DNA from: Monocercomonoides exilis PA203 | Lineage: Eukaryota; Protista; Preaxostyla | Direction of reading: 5' to 3' | DNA: 64,000 nucleotides | NCBI GenBank assembly: GCA_001643675.2 | Contig: LSRY02000040.1 | Location: 62,001-126,000 of the forward strand | Shown here: in pieces, positions 52,281 through 64,000 of the stretch | Layout of the letters: each line of letters opens with the position of its first letter | Position numbering within the stretch: position 1 is the first letter of the stretch | Translations under genes and position numbers: made by a program | Notes under the pieces: model-generated | What the model was told of the DNA's origin: nothing | The model's database searches: none | Seen by the model: only the letters and a program-made list of their open reading frames with translations

Positions 52281-55200
52281 TCATTTCTTCGAGGCAGAAC
52301 GGGAAGGCCGCACATAACCAGACGAAGCATAACCAGCAGCGATAGAAGAAGAAGGCGAATTGGATCGGCGAGAGGGGCCAGAAAGAGGACGAGAAGAAGA
52401 AGAAGAAGAAGAAGAAGAAGAGGAGGAGGAGGAAGAGGAAGAAGAAATAGCGTTTCTATCAGAAGCAACACGACGAATTGGAGGAGCAGAGTAAACAGAA
52501 GAAGAAGAAGAAGAAGCCCCTCCACTGCCCAGTCTGATTGGCTGAGAAGCCATCGGAGAAATAGAAGAGTTCGGAGAAATAGAAGAAGAAGAAGTTGTTG
52601 TTGTTGTTAATGGAGAAGAAGAAGAAGAAGAAAGATAAGGTGAAGAATGATGAGAAGCAAAAGAAGGAGAAGGTGAAGGAGATATAGAAGAAGAAGAAGA
52701 AGAAGAAGAAGAGGAGGAGGAGGAGGAAGAAGAAGAAGAAGAAGAACTAACATGGCGATGTTGAGAGGGAGAAGAGGAAGGAGAAGAGGAAGGAGAAGAG
52801 GAAGGAGAAGAAATTGAAGTGGAATGATAAGATCTAACCATATCGTTTGATTGAGAAGAAGAAGAAGAAGAGGAAGAAGGATGTAATGAATGTGAATGAA
52901 GATGTTGAGAAGAGGAGGAGGAGGAAGAAGAAGAAGGTGTAGAAGAAGGAGAAGGAGAAGGAGAGGAAGAGGAAGAGGAAGAGGAAGAAGGAGAGGAAGA
53001 AGGAGAGGAAGAAGGAGAGGAAGAAGGAGAAGAAGATGATGATATTGAACGAGATGAATGAGGGCGTAACAATTGATTATCAGGAGGAGGAGGAGGAGAA
53101 GAAGAAGAGGAAGAAATGGAAGAAGAAGAAGAAGAAGAAATGGAAGAAGAAGAAGAAGAGGAGGAGGAAGAAGAAGAAGATGGATATCTAATTAATTGCC
53201 CTTGATTTTGCATTTGTTGAGATTGATAAGAAGATCTAACTGTCTGTGTGTTTGATTTAAGAGAAGAAGAAGAAGAATTCGGAGAAATAGAAAGGTTCGG
53301 AGAAATAGAAGAGGAAGAAGGAGAAGGAGAAGGAGAGGCAGAGAGAGAAGGAGAAGATGTTGGAGAAAGTCCTTCTCTTCTTTTGGAGGTGGGTCCTGAA
53401 TGGAAATGGAAATGGAATGGAAAGAGAAAGAGAAAGAAAGAAAAAGAAAAGAAAAAAGAAAAAAGAAAAAGAAAAAGAAATGAATGGGAAAACAAAGAAT
53501 TACAAGAAAAGATTCATAATTTCAAAAAAAACACACAAAAAAGAGATTAAACAGTCTCAAAAATGGACTCTTTCAAAAAGTCTTAATTTCTTTCTTTCTT
53601 TCTTTTCTTTTTTGTTTCTCTTCTTCTTTCTCTTTCTCTTTCTCTCCCTCCCTCCCATAATCAACCACATACTTGCCAATCCACCTTCATTTCTGCTTCC
53701 TTCTTCTTTCTTCGCTCTTCCTTCTTTCGCATTCACACCATTCGATGATGATGATGATGATGATGATGATGGTGATGGTGATGGCGAAGAAGAAGACACA
53801 TTATTCACATTTTCTTCTCCTTCTCTTCCTTCTCCTCTTCCTTTTCCTCTTCCTTTCTCTCCTTCTCTTCCTCCTTCCTTCCTCTTCTCCTTCTCCTTCT
53901 CCTCACACAACCTCCCCACAACCTCCCACTTCGCATCCCTCGCCACCCGCATTGCGTGTTCGCCTTCATTCTTCTTCTTAAACGCCACAGCACATTGTGA
54001 AAACAGCTTCGAATCCATCTCCATCAACAGCTTCAGCGCTGAAAAGGTCAAAGAAATCACGGCGTTATTCCAGTGCTGCTTCGTGTTCGTATATAAAGCC
54101 ATGAAAAGCACAGGAAAAGTTGTTTGTCTCGTCTGAGATATCAATTGGAGGATGTATTCGTTCGATAAAAGGGACAAAGAGCGCTCTGCCACCTGGAAAT
54201 GCGGTGATTGGATGCATTCGCTTATCTTTTTAAACAGGATGGGAGTTAAAGGGTGAAGGTCCTCCAGTGAAAGCGAGTCAAAAATGTCTTCCAATTCAGC
54301 CAGGAACAGAATCTGCTTTTGGGAGTTCGTTTTTGGCCAGTAGCGAATCAAGGAGGTGACGATGAGCTGGGCGAGCTGGGGCTCTTTCTCGATGAAGAGA
54401 ATCATGCAGTTGGAGAGCTGGACATGGAAGGGGGAGATGCGGGTGCTGGGGGAAAGAAGAGGAAGAGGAAGAGGAAGAGGAAGAGGATGATGAAGAGGAA
54501 GAGGAAGAGGAAGAGGAAGAGGAAGAAGAAGAGGAAGAGGGGAAGGAAGGAGGAGAATAAATAACAGAAATAAATAAGAAATAAAACGGGGAAGGAAGGG
54601 GAAGAGGGGAAGAAAGAAGGAAGATTAAGAAATAAACAAATAGAATAAAAACACTTTACATTCGCATAATCTTCTTCTTCTTTCAAAGCAAAAATATTTT
54701 CTTTCTTTCTTTCTTTCTCTCTCTCTCTCTTCTTTCTCTTCTTTCTCTTCTTTCTCTTTTTCTCTCATACACTTTATGCAGCGGCAGCAGCGTATGCTGC
54801 AGAAACAACCTATGCTCCTGCTTCACAGGCACCCCAAAGCCGTGAATAATCGACCCCAGAATCTCCAATAGCTCAGCTATCCCATTGAACGGGATCTGCT
54901 CGTGAATCAACCGATGGAACTTGTATGAAATAGCAGTGCGAATAAACGGGCGACGAGGCCAGAAACGGGAATAAATACGGTGCAGCGTTGATTTCAGGCC
55001 GTCTCGTTCCCTGGGGTCGTCAGAATCAAACAGATCGATGATGGAGGAAATGAAGTCAGTGGAAAAGTATTTTATGGCGATTTTGGGGTCGACTTCGTTG
55101 GAGAGGACGAAGCGGAAGAGGATTTCGTAGACGAACTGCAGATGCTGCCAGGCGGGGTCTTGCTGGGGCTCTTCTTCATCCATCTCGGAGGCTGATGAGG

Positions 55201-56827
55201 AAGAGGAAGAGGAGGGGGATGGAGAAGAAGAGGAAGAGGAAGAGGAAGAGGAAGAGGGAGAAGGTGAAGGTGAAGGTGAAGAAGAAGGATGTTGATGATG
55301 ATAACGATGAAAAAAAGGGCAATAGAATAATAAAAGAAAAATATGGGTTATTGATATGTTATGGATTTTTGAACAAAATAAAATAAATAAATAAATACAT
55401 TCAATAAATCATAATTATCTTTTAATATTCTTTATTTCTTTCTATTTCTTTCTCTCTCTCTCTCTCTCTCCTTCCTCCTTCCTCCTCTTCATACCCAGCG
55501 CCGGCGGCTTCTCAATCGTGAGCAACGGCCGAAATATATTCGCCGCCACCATTTTCAGTATCGCGCTCCAACTTTGCTCGGGAAACACGTTTTTCCCAGT
55601 TGTGATATACGCGACGATGTCCTTCAGATATCTTGTTTTTGTGTCTCTGTCTAACAACTGAGAGGGCGTAGGATCAGCAGACCAGTCACACACGATGCTG
55701 CACTGCTCAAGTTTGGCGAGGAAGTTCGCGTGGTGCTCGGATATGGGGAGTTCTGAGGGAGAAGAAGGAGGAGGAGAAGGAGAAGGAGGAGGATGAGGAG
55801 AAGAAGAAGAGAGGGAGAAAGAAGAAGAAGAAGAAGAAGATAACGAAGAAAGGGAGAAGACGAAGGAGAAAGAAAAAAGAGAAAGAGAAAGAGGAGGAGG
55901 AGGTGGTGGTGGAATTGGTAAGGTGAATGAAGGTTTGAAGAAAGAAAAGAGAGAAAGAGAAAGAAAATATATAATGTGTTTAAAATGAATATAAAAAATT
56001 AAAAATAAAATAAATTCGAGAAGTTTTTCATAAAGAAAAGAGCAATTAATTAAATTTTTACGAATTAAATTTTAGAAAAAAAAAAAAAACAATTTTGGAT
56101 CAATAAAAAAATATCAAAAAATTAACATGAAAATAAAAATGAAACAATTTTAAAATTTGTCAACAAAAAATCAGAAGAATTTCAAACCGCTAAATGCTGG
56201 TATAAGTTTTATTTGCGGTTTGGAATCATTCAAAGATCTCATTGAGTGAAGTGTAGGCATTCTCATTCTTGAAGGATTCCGAACAAGTATATCAGAAATT
56301 GGTTGCTTTTCAACCTGCTGCGAAGATTTGTGAGATGGGTTGTGGGACAAAGGCTTTGGCATAATTGACGTTCCATGAAAAATTGAAGGAACAGACATCG
56401 ACTGTTCTTGATTTTGAGATGCTGTTTATTTAAAAAAATGAAAACAACATAATCAATAAAATTAATATAAAATATAAAAAGATATTTTATTATTGTAATG
56501 ATTTTATCAAACATTTTGATGATTGAAGGGTTCCTGAACGCGAATTATCAGAAGTTCTTTTTGAGGATGCGCTTTTTGGCTATTTTCGAATAAATAAAAT
56601 TTATTCCAAACTTCTAAAAAGACATGAAAATATCTAATAATTCAAACAGCTTGTTGCATCATTCGCGATTGTCCTAAAGAACCAGAACTTGAAACAGACT
56701 GAGAAGAAGAAGATGGTGTCTTACAAAATATACAACGAATTATATTTCAATATATACTTATAGAAATGCATTATAAACTCCAATAAACCTTTGAAACTTG
56801 TTTTGACACTCCCCTTGGTTTTATCAT
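52281..56827 (-). CDS. Protein phosphatase 2A regulatory subunit B' (B56) with Ser-rich C-terminal extension; multi-exon
   Basis: Motifs DEEEPQQDPAWQHLQFVYE, LFDSDDPRERDGLKSTLHRIY, NGIAELLEILGSII.GF, LLPLHKV, RYWPKTNSQKQILFL and HFQVAERSL. The 5' exons were reconstructed to an ATG at 56827 and are less certain. Confidence 0.9.
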
Positions 56828-56959
56828 GCAAAATTAAAAGACAAATAGTTTTTTATCCAGCACGCATTGTGGGTGTGAATAACCACAATAGCAAAAAAAG
56901 GATCAATACAAATATTCCCCAATTCGACAATCACAATTAACGAAGAAAAAAACTAATAA

Positions 56960-57805
56960 ATGTTCTTCTTATTGTTTGCATCAGTTCTTGCTGAATCAAT
57001 TGTCGAAACAGTTAACAACGATCCATCATCAACATGGGTTGCTGTTGAATACCCAGCATCAGTGATCACCCGCGCAAAATTCCTCGCTCGCTTGGGAACA
57101 TATGTTACCAAATATGAGGAAACATCATTTGACCTTGACAACGCTCTCCCAGAAAACTTCGATTCCCGCGAACAATGGCCAGGAAAGATCCTCCCAGTCC
57201 GTGACCAAGCATCATGCGGATCATGCTGGGCTTTCTCAGTTGCTGAGACAATGGGTGATCGTCTCTCAATCAAAGGATGCGACTATGGTGATATGGCACC
57301 ACAAGATCTCGTTTCATGCGACACAACCGACATGGGATGCAATGGAGGATATATGGATCATGCATGGGCATGGACCAAGAGCCATGGTGTAACAACCGAG
57401 AAATGCATGCCATATCAATCAGGAAGCGGACGTGTTCCAGCTTGCCCAGCAAAATGCGTCAATGGATCAGCCATCGTTAGAAACAAGTCTGTTTCATACA
57501 AGAAATTGAATGCTCAACAAATGATGGAAGAGCTTTATGAAAATGGTCCAATTTCAGTTGCATTCACAGTCTACTATGACTTCATGAACTACAAGAGCGG
57601 TGTCTATGTTCACAAGACCGGTGGAATCGCTGGTGGACACGCTGTCTTGTGCGTTGGATGGGGTGTTGAGGACAACACACCATACTGGTTGTGCCAGAAC
57701 TCATGGGGACCAGCATGGGGAGAGAAAGGACACTTCAAGATTCTCCGTGGATCAAACCACTGCGGAATTGAGAATCAATCCTATGCTCCAGAGGTTCAGT
57801 GCTAA
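56960..57805 (+). CDS. Cathepsin B-like cysteine protease (C1A), intronless, with signal peptide
   Basis: Motifs LPENFDSREQWP, QASCGSCWAF, GCNGG, YKSGVY, GGHAV and NSWG. Confidence 0.95.
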   Translation: MFFLLFASVLAESIVETVNNDPSSTWVAVEYPASVITRAKFLARLGTYVTKYEETSFDLDNALPENFDSREQWPGKILPVRDQASCGSCWAFSVAETMGDRLSIKGCDYGDMAPQDLVSCDTTDMGCNGGYMDHAWAWTKSHGVTTEKCMPYQSGSGRVPACPAKCVNGSAIVRNKSVSYKKLNAQQMMEELYENGPISVAFTVYYDFMNYKSGVYVHKTGGIAGGHAVLCVGWGVEDNTPYWLCQNSWGPAWGEKGHFKILRGSNHCGIENQSYAPEVQC

Positions 57806-58836
57806 GCACTCATACACCACTGTCATGTGACAGATGGGAGAATTGAATTTTTTTTATCATTTTATTTTCTTTTGTTGTTCTGTTTGTGAAATAATAGACA
57901 ACGAAAGAGTGTGAAAAAACGTATTTTTCTATTTCTAATATATGAATATCTTAAAAGATAATTAAAATAAAAATGATTAATGAAAGTGATGATAATTCTT
58001 GTTGATAAATAATTGGGTCGAAATTTTTGTTTTATGAATTTTGTTCCATGCCGTTCTTTCAAAGATTTTTTACAATTTTTAAATTACTATATTTAATATT
58101 GCACGATAGTGTTAGAATTTCAATCATTCGATTACAGAAAAAGTTTGGAACAAATCATTGAAATTTTCATAAATGAAAGAATTCTGTCCCAATTAGAAAG
58201 TGTTTTTCATTTTGAATATGGTTTATGATAAAAATTTGATCTTTAAGAAATTGGCTTCGATAAAATGTAGTTTTTTATCATACGTTTTGAATGCTGTTCT
58301 TTCTATGAAATTGAATGTATAAGTTTTAAAACACGAGTGTGAATGATTATTGCAATTAAAAATTCATTTTTCCCAATATACAAATCATGAAAGCTTCAGA
58401 AAACTTTTGGTTTATTTCTTCGCGATTGCGAACTGTTTCTTTAATACTGTAGCACCAACAACAACTTCTGTACCATTTTATTCAGCGCTCATTAGGTAAT
58501 TTCTGCTTTTTTCGTTTTTAGCAACAGCAATTTACAAACAATATTGTTTTACATTTTTCGCCTTGTTGATAAACAATATTGTGAAACACAAGCAAGAGTT
58601 ATATAAAACAATGAATGTAGAAATGAATGTGTGGTTATTTTTCTCGATTTCTGTTTTATTAAAGAACATTTTATATTTTTACAGAAAATTTTCTTTTTCG
58701 ATATTTATCTTCTTATTAAACCGAGTATATGATTTTCTCACATGTTCCAAATTCTATAAACCTTTTGTCTATTAATGCTCCATTTTTTTAACTCTCTTCA
58801 TCCCCAGGATTACTCGCAAACAGATTTTTTATTTCT

Positions 58837-60827
58837 ATGATCACATCTATTTATTCTCTCGCTTCCCCATCAACGACTTTCTCTTCCAGCACACTCAAAA
58901 CTCTATCAACGGATCTATCATCTCTTCTGTCAACAGTTCCGACACTTTTTTCTCTGCCTTTGACTCCTCTTTCCTGCACCAAACAAGCTCTACACCAAAT
59001 CCTCCTGTTTAACACACCGGAAATGAATCTCAAAGAGTGAGACCTGGAAGATTGGATTCGTTTGATGTGAATAACCATCGCTTCGAATGGTGCATATGGG
59101 AAAATTCAAGCAGTGGATCAAGTGATGGAGGTGCACTTTATGTTTCTTGTCCAAATGCAAATCTCGCAATCACTTCTTGTTAATTCTACAATTGTTCAAT
59201 AAATGATCATATCGGAGTGTAAAATTGTGAAATGTTACAAAAGTTAAACATCACAAAATCAAATTTCACGAGTTGTTCTGCTTTACATGGAGAAGCAGTT
59301 CACACAAGGAATCCACAAACAAATTCTGTTTGGACATTCTCGGAAAATAGAGTGGAAAATTGTTCAATATCAGGTTGGTGTGGAACTGGCTGGTATTTTG
59401 CTCTTAATTATAATCAGTTAAATTTTCAATTCTTGTTTTCCAAATGCAAGTGCATCTCAAATTCTGGTGGTGATTCAACTGGCTCTCTCACATTTCAAAA
59501 TCCTCCGAATAATAAACCAAATCATTTTTTGGTTAATGATTGCCAATTTATAAATAATAAACTGACTGCTTCCGCATCTTTTGGAGGCGCTGCCATTTAT
59601 TTTCATTCGACTTATTCCTGGATGAATAGTATAAAATTCATCACTTTCTGTTTCTTCGATGGCAACACAGCAACAAATGGCAGAGGAAACGATGTGTTTT
59701 TCAGCGGAAGCAGCATCACTCAATCTCCATTCCAGCAATGCGGCTCAACAACCCCAACACAAAGAGTGTGGAACGCAGGAACAGCTGATGATGTTGAGTT
59801 CAACAGATGGCTCCCTCTCATCACAACATTCAAAATCGTGTCAAATAATGGGACAAACACCGATCTCTGCGGAATCACACAACTCAGTCCATGCAAAACA
59901 ATTGAATTCGCTCTTGTTCGCATGACAGATACCCAAGACGCCTCACTCACCCTCCTTTCCTCAACATTTGTTCCAACTCAAACACTCACTTTCAGCGCTG
60001 CTGACACTAAAATCACTGGAAATGGCACAACTACCACCACCATCGCCTCTAGTGGCATTCCTCAAACATCAAACTCATATTCGCAGTCATCGCAATCAAC
60101 ATCATCATTATCTTCATTTTCATCAATATCAATATCTTCTTCACCAGATCCATCTTCCGCTTCTACCCTTTTCCAACAAACTCAGGGATCCCTTACAGTC
60201 TCTGCCCTCGCCATCGCCCACAACTCCACAAACACCATCACCCCCATCCTCTTCCACCTCTCTGAAAACTCCCCTTCCCTCAAACTCAACACAACCACCA
60301 TCACCTGAACAACCTCCATAACAATAAAAACACCCCTCTTCTTCCTCACTGCTGGCTCCCTCGCCCTCAACCACACAGCAATCACCAGTCTCGCCCTCAA
60401 CAGCCAAAGCATCTTCCACCTCACCTCCCTCACCGCTCCCCTCACCCTCAACTCCTCCAACATCACCCACATCACCTCCACAGCCACCCCCACCAGCTGT
60501 GTCCTCTCCTCTGCCACCTCCCCTGCCCTCTCCCTCTCCCTCGCCAACTGCACCATCACCAACGCCAACTCAGAACGGTTGAGCCAACAGACTGCCACCA
60601 ATGGCGGGTGCATCTCATTCGCCTCATCCGTCTCTGCCAACACATTTTCGGTGAGTGACACAACCTTCTCCAGCTGCTGTGTGAGCGAAAGGAAAAACGG
60701 AAATCGAGAAAATGAAGGAGGAAAGAATTACAGAGAATGCGGGATGCTTCTAAAAACAGAAGCAAAGGTGGAAGGAAGAATACTTTCTTCTTTGAAAAGA
60801 AGTCGGTATAAGAGATTGTGGGGATGA
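58837..60827 (+). pseudogene. Beta-helix-like surface protein pseudogene, copy B
   Basis: Paralog of 30677-32603 with stops at 59038 and 60306 and further disablements. Confidence 0.75.
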
Positions 60828-63800
60828 AGAATGAAAAGGAAGATAGAAATGAATGATGAAAATAAAGATGATGTGCAAAGCGAAAAGAACGAGAAAATTA
60901 AAGAGAAAGAACAACTCAAAATTTCGAGACAACGACAAAAGAGAGTGTATGAGTGAAAATATGAAAGAAAATAGGAAAATGAAAAATGAAAAGGAAATGT
61001 GCCTGCGATTCTGCAGCTTTCACATCACTATTCTATGTTAATAGTGATAATGAATTTTGCATATTAAAACACTCGCATAAAACAAAATAATTTATCAGAA
61101 TTTTCAGAATATTGTTGTTTTCTTTTTATAATTTATGCAAAAACTATAAAAATTATCTTCGAAGCGAATCATTCTTCACACAAAACTCAAATCAAATATT
61201 TATTTCACCTTGTAAACAAATTAGGGCGATGATTTTAACTTGACCTTTTTCTTTTTTGTCATGCTTTTAGCTTTACACAAGCTTGTGATAAATTAAAAAT
61301 AACCAGAAATGTTTGAAATGTTTTAATTTCCTTATTCTGTATTTTTTTTTTCAATATTTCATTTTTTTCAAATAGATCGAGGATTATAATAATTTTATGT
61401 TTTGATCATTGACTTGCTGCTTTTCCAGCGAATATTTTTGATCGGAAGTTTTAAGCTATCATGTCATAACACATCGTTTCTTTTTTATAAGTCAAACTTG
61501 TTTTAAACATTCTCAACTTGTTTTTTTTACACTTTTTCTCATTTCATCCATTTTTTTAAAAAACACGATTTCAGAGAGATGCATCCATTTGTTTATAAAT
61601 TTATTGAAATGATAAATAAACATTATTAAAATATAACGATTTTTGCATGTAAAAAATGATTATTTGTTTGTAACTGTTTGGTAATTTGAATAACAAAAAA
61701 ATCATATATACTTGCTTTTCAGTAAAAATTCTTGAAAAGTTCCTTTTCATTTCAATGCTTAATACAAATAAACGATAAATACGACTTTAAACATTTTTTC
61801 ATTTTAATAAAATTTGACTCAAATACTTGTTTATATAAAAAATCGTGTATTAAGCAAAAACAGTGAAATGAGAAAAAAAGGAAAAAAATTCATTGAAAAA
61901 GTCAAAAACAAGTAAAAATAATAACATAGGAATGTGGAATTGTGATGCTGTGGCTTGAAATGTTCGATATGAAATATTGGCTTCACAGCCAGCAAGTCTT
62001 TGATCTGTGTCCCAAATTATATATAATTTAAATAATTTTTTAAATATAAAAATTTCTAAATTTTTTCCTTCAGCATTCTGAAAAGCAAAAATATCAAGAA
62101 GTCAATTTATTTTGTTTTTGTTTTAAGCATTTTCACAAATCAAAAAAGCAAAAATAAGTTTCAAAAAAAAAAGGTTGAGATTAAATATTGAGGAAAAGAT
62201 AAAATTTGCTCCCTATATATTTAACATTTATTTAATTAAAGCGTGTTAACAAGCTTCCGTTGAATTATCAAGGTTTGGTTGATTAGACTGTTAAAAAAGG
62301 TTTGATTTTTTTTTTTATTTTCACTTCAATTATATCAGTGTTTTTTGTGTGTATTATTTTCCCTTCCCACAATTATTATTAATTTAAATGATCTTTTCTA
62401 ATTCAAAATCTCTTGTTGATTTTTAGTTTTTGGCCTTTTATTTAAATAAAGTGGACTTTATTCAAATTAATCGGAGTTTAATAAAAATACCTCCATTTAT
62501 TCAAATTATACAACTTAATCTGCGTAGCATCTATTAGACCTATTTTCGTTTGTTTTGATCATTTGTCATAAGCTTTAGTGGAAGCCAAAAAGTTAAACAA
62601 AATTTAAATAAATGCAGATCTTTTTCAAAAAGATTGAGTCATTGCGAATTGATTCTCTTCTGGGTTTACGATCATTGTTTTTGACAGTTTTTTCTTTTCA
62701 AATTTTTTTTAAGTTTTGCAAAAATTTTTTCAAACCAAGAACATAAGAATCATTGATGTTTCATTTTAGCTGAAAAAGACGAAATATACAAAAATAAATA
62801 TTCGTGAAATTCAACACTAATCATTAATAACTGTTCAAACAATAAAAACACAAAAATGTTGGCAAGATCTCATTTTTTTAAATAAACTTAATTGAATTGA
62901 AGTCTCACAGTGGAATGATTACAACAGATAAAATAAATAAAAATCAAGATAATAAAGCAAAAAAAAATTCATTGAAAAACATAAATGCGCTTTATCGTTC
63001 AAAAATTTGCTTTTTCCTAAGTATTTTGTTTTTATTGAAAAGAAATAACAAACAAAAACTGCTGTTATAAAAAAAACAAATCAAAAACAAAAAATCATTT
63101 GTCAGAATATATTTCTTTAGAAAGCGAATGAAAACAATGAAGGAATATGAGTTGATTAATCATTAATTGTTGCAAAATACTGCAAAATATTCGCTGGACA
63201 TTATTAAAAGCGATTAAAACATAAAAACAAATTCATAAGAATCTGGACCTGTTAACATTGATAGATTAGAAACATACGGAGAATATATAGAAAATGAAAT
63301 AATAAACAGTATATTTTTAAAAATAGACAAAAACATACAATTTGTTCACTGGAGCCAGAGCAAACTTGTAAATTTTTTGATCAAAATTGGCATATAACAT
63401 TTTCTTATCGGATCAAACAATAGATTGACTTATTTTCAAAATGATTGAGTCATTTGCGAAAAGTTGAATTATATACAGAATGATTTCTTCTTTTCGAAAT
63501 GACTAAATAAGTCTTGAATACGTCTATTGTTTGATATAAAATAAATAAACATTCTGAAATAAACAATAAACAATAAAGAATATTAGATGGAATTGGAATA
63601 AGAAAATTTTATTGAAAAGAAAATAATAATTCGAATAACCAAAGTTTGTTACAGATAACACCAGTTTATTCTAGCCCTAGGTGACGTGAAGAAAAAAATT
63701 TTTCACATACGTCAAAAATCGAAAAGGTCACGTCAGAAGTCACCACGTCTCCTAAAGCTTGTTTATTCGAATAAAAAAAAATTTATTCCAGAAAGACCAA

Positions 63801-64000
63801 GTTTATTCCATTTAATCCCTCAACAAATTTTTCTTATCCTTTTTTGTGAAAATGAATGTGCAAAAAAATATGAACACCAAAAAATAAATAAACAATTTTT
63901 ATTCATGGAAGCTGTTTTCTGAATTATTTTATCAAAAAGTTATGGTCTTGAACAATTTTAAGAAAATCTGATTTTCTGAACGAAAGAATTGAGACTCGTA

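Overview
This is AT-rich eukaryotic protist DNA with short GT-AG introns (mostly GTTT donors), the standard genetic code and microsatellite-expanded introns. Gene content and style suggest an oxymonad or other metamonad such as Monocercomonoides (inference). Recognisable host genes are a membrane protein ending in a hemerythrin-like domain, LZIC, an S9-family peptidase homolog, EB1, a PP2A B56 subunit and a cathepsin B-like protease. A lineage-specific helical-protein family is present as five complete copies and one fragment. Four of these copies form two convergent palindromic cassettes (about 4.0-10.7 kb and 43.0-50.6 kb) that are inverted copies of each other. An inverted ~4 kb duplication carries two beta-helix-like pseudogenes. 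Three transposons have definable ends: a decayed pogo-like element (DD35D), an apparently intact Tc1/IS630-like element (DD33E), and a full-length 6.0 kb DIRS-type tyrosine-recombinase retrotransposon with ITRs, an ICR and overlapping frames. The best leads are a densely structured ~290-nt RNA-like segment in the DIRS 3' region, a ~980-codon frame overprinted on the RT and leading into the recombinase, a hemerythrin lacking exactly the two His ligands of the O2-binding iron, and signs of arm-to-arm conversion and flip-flop recombination in the palindromic cassettes.
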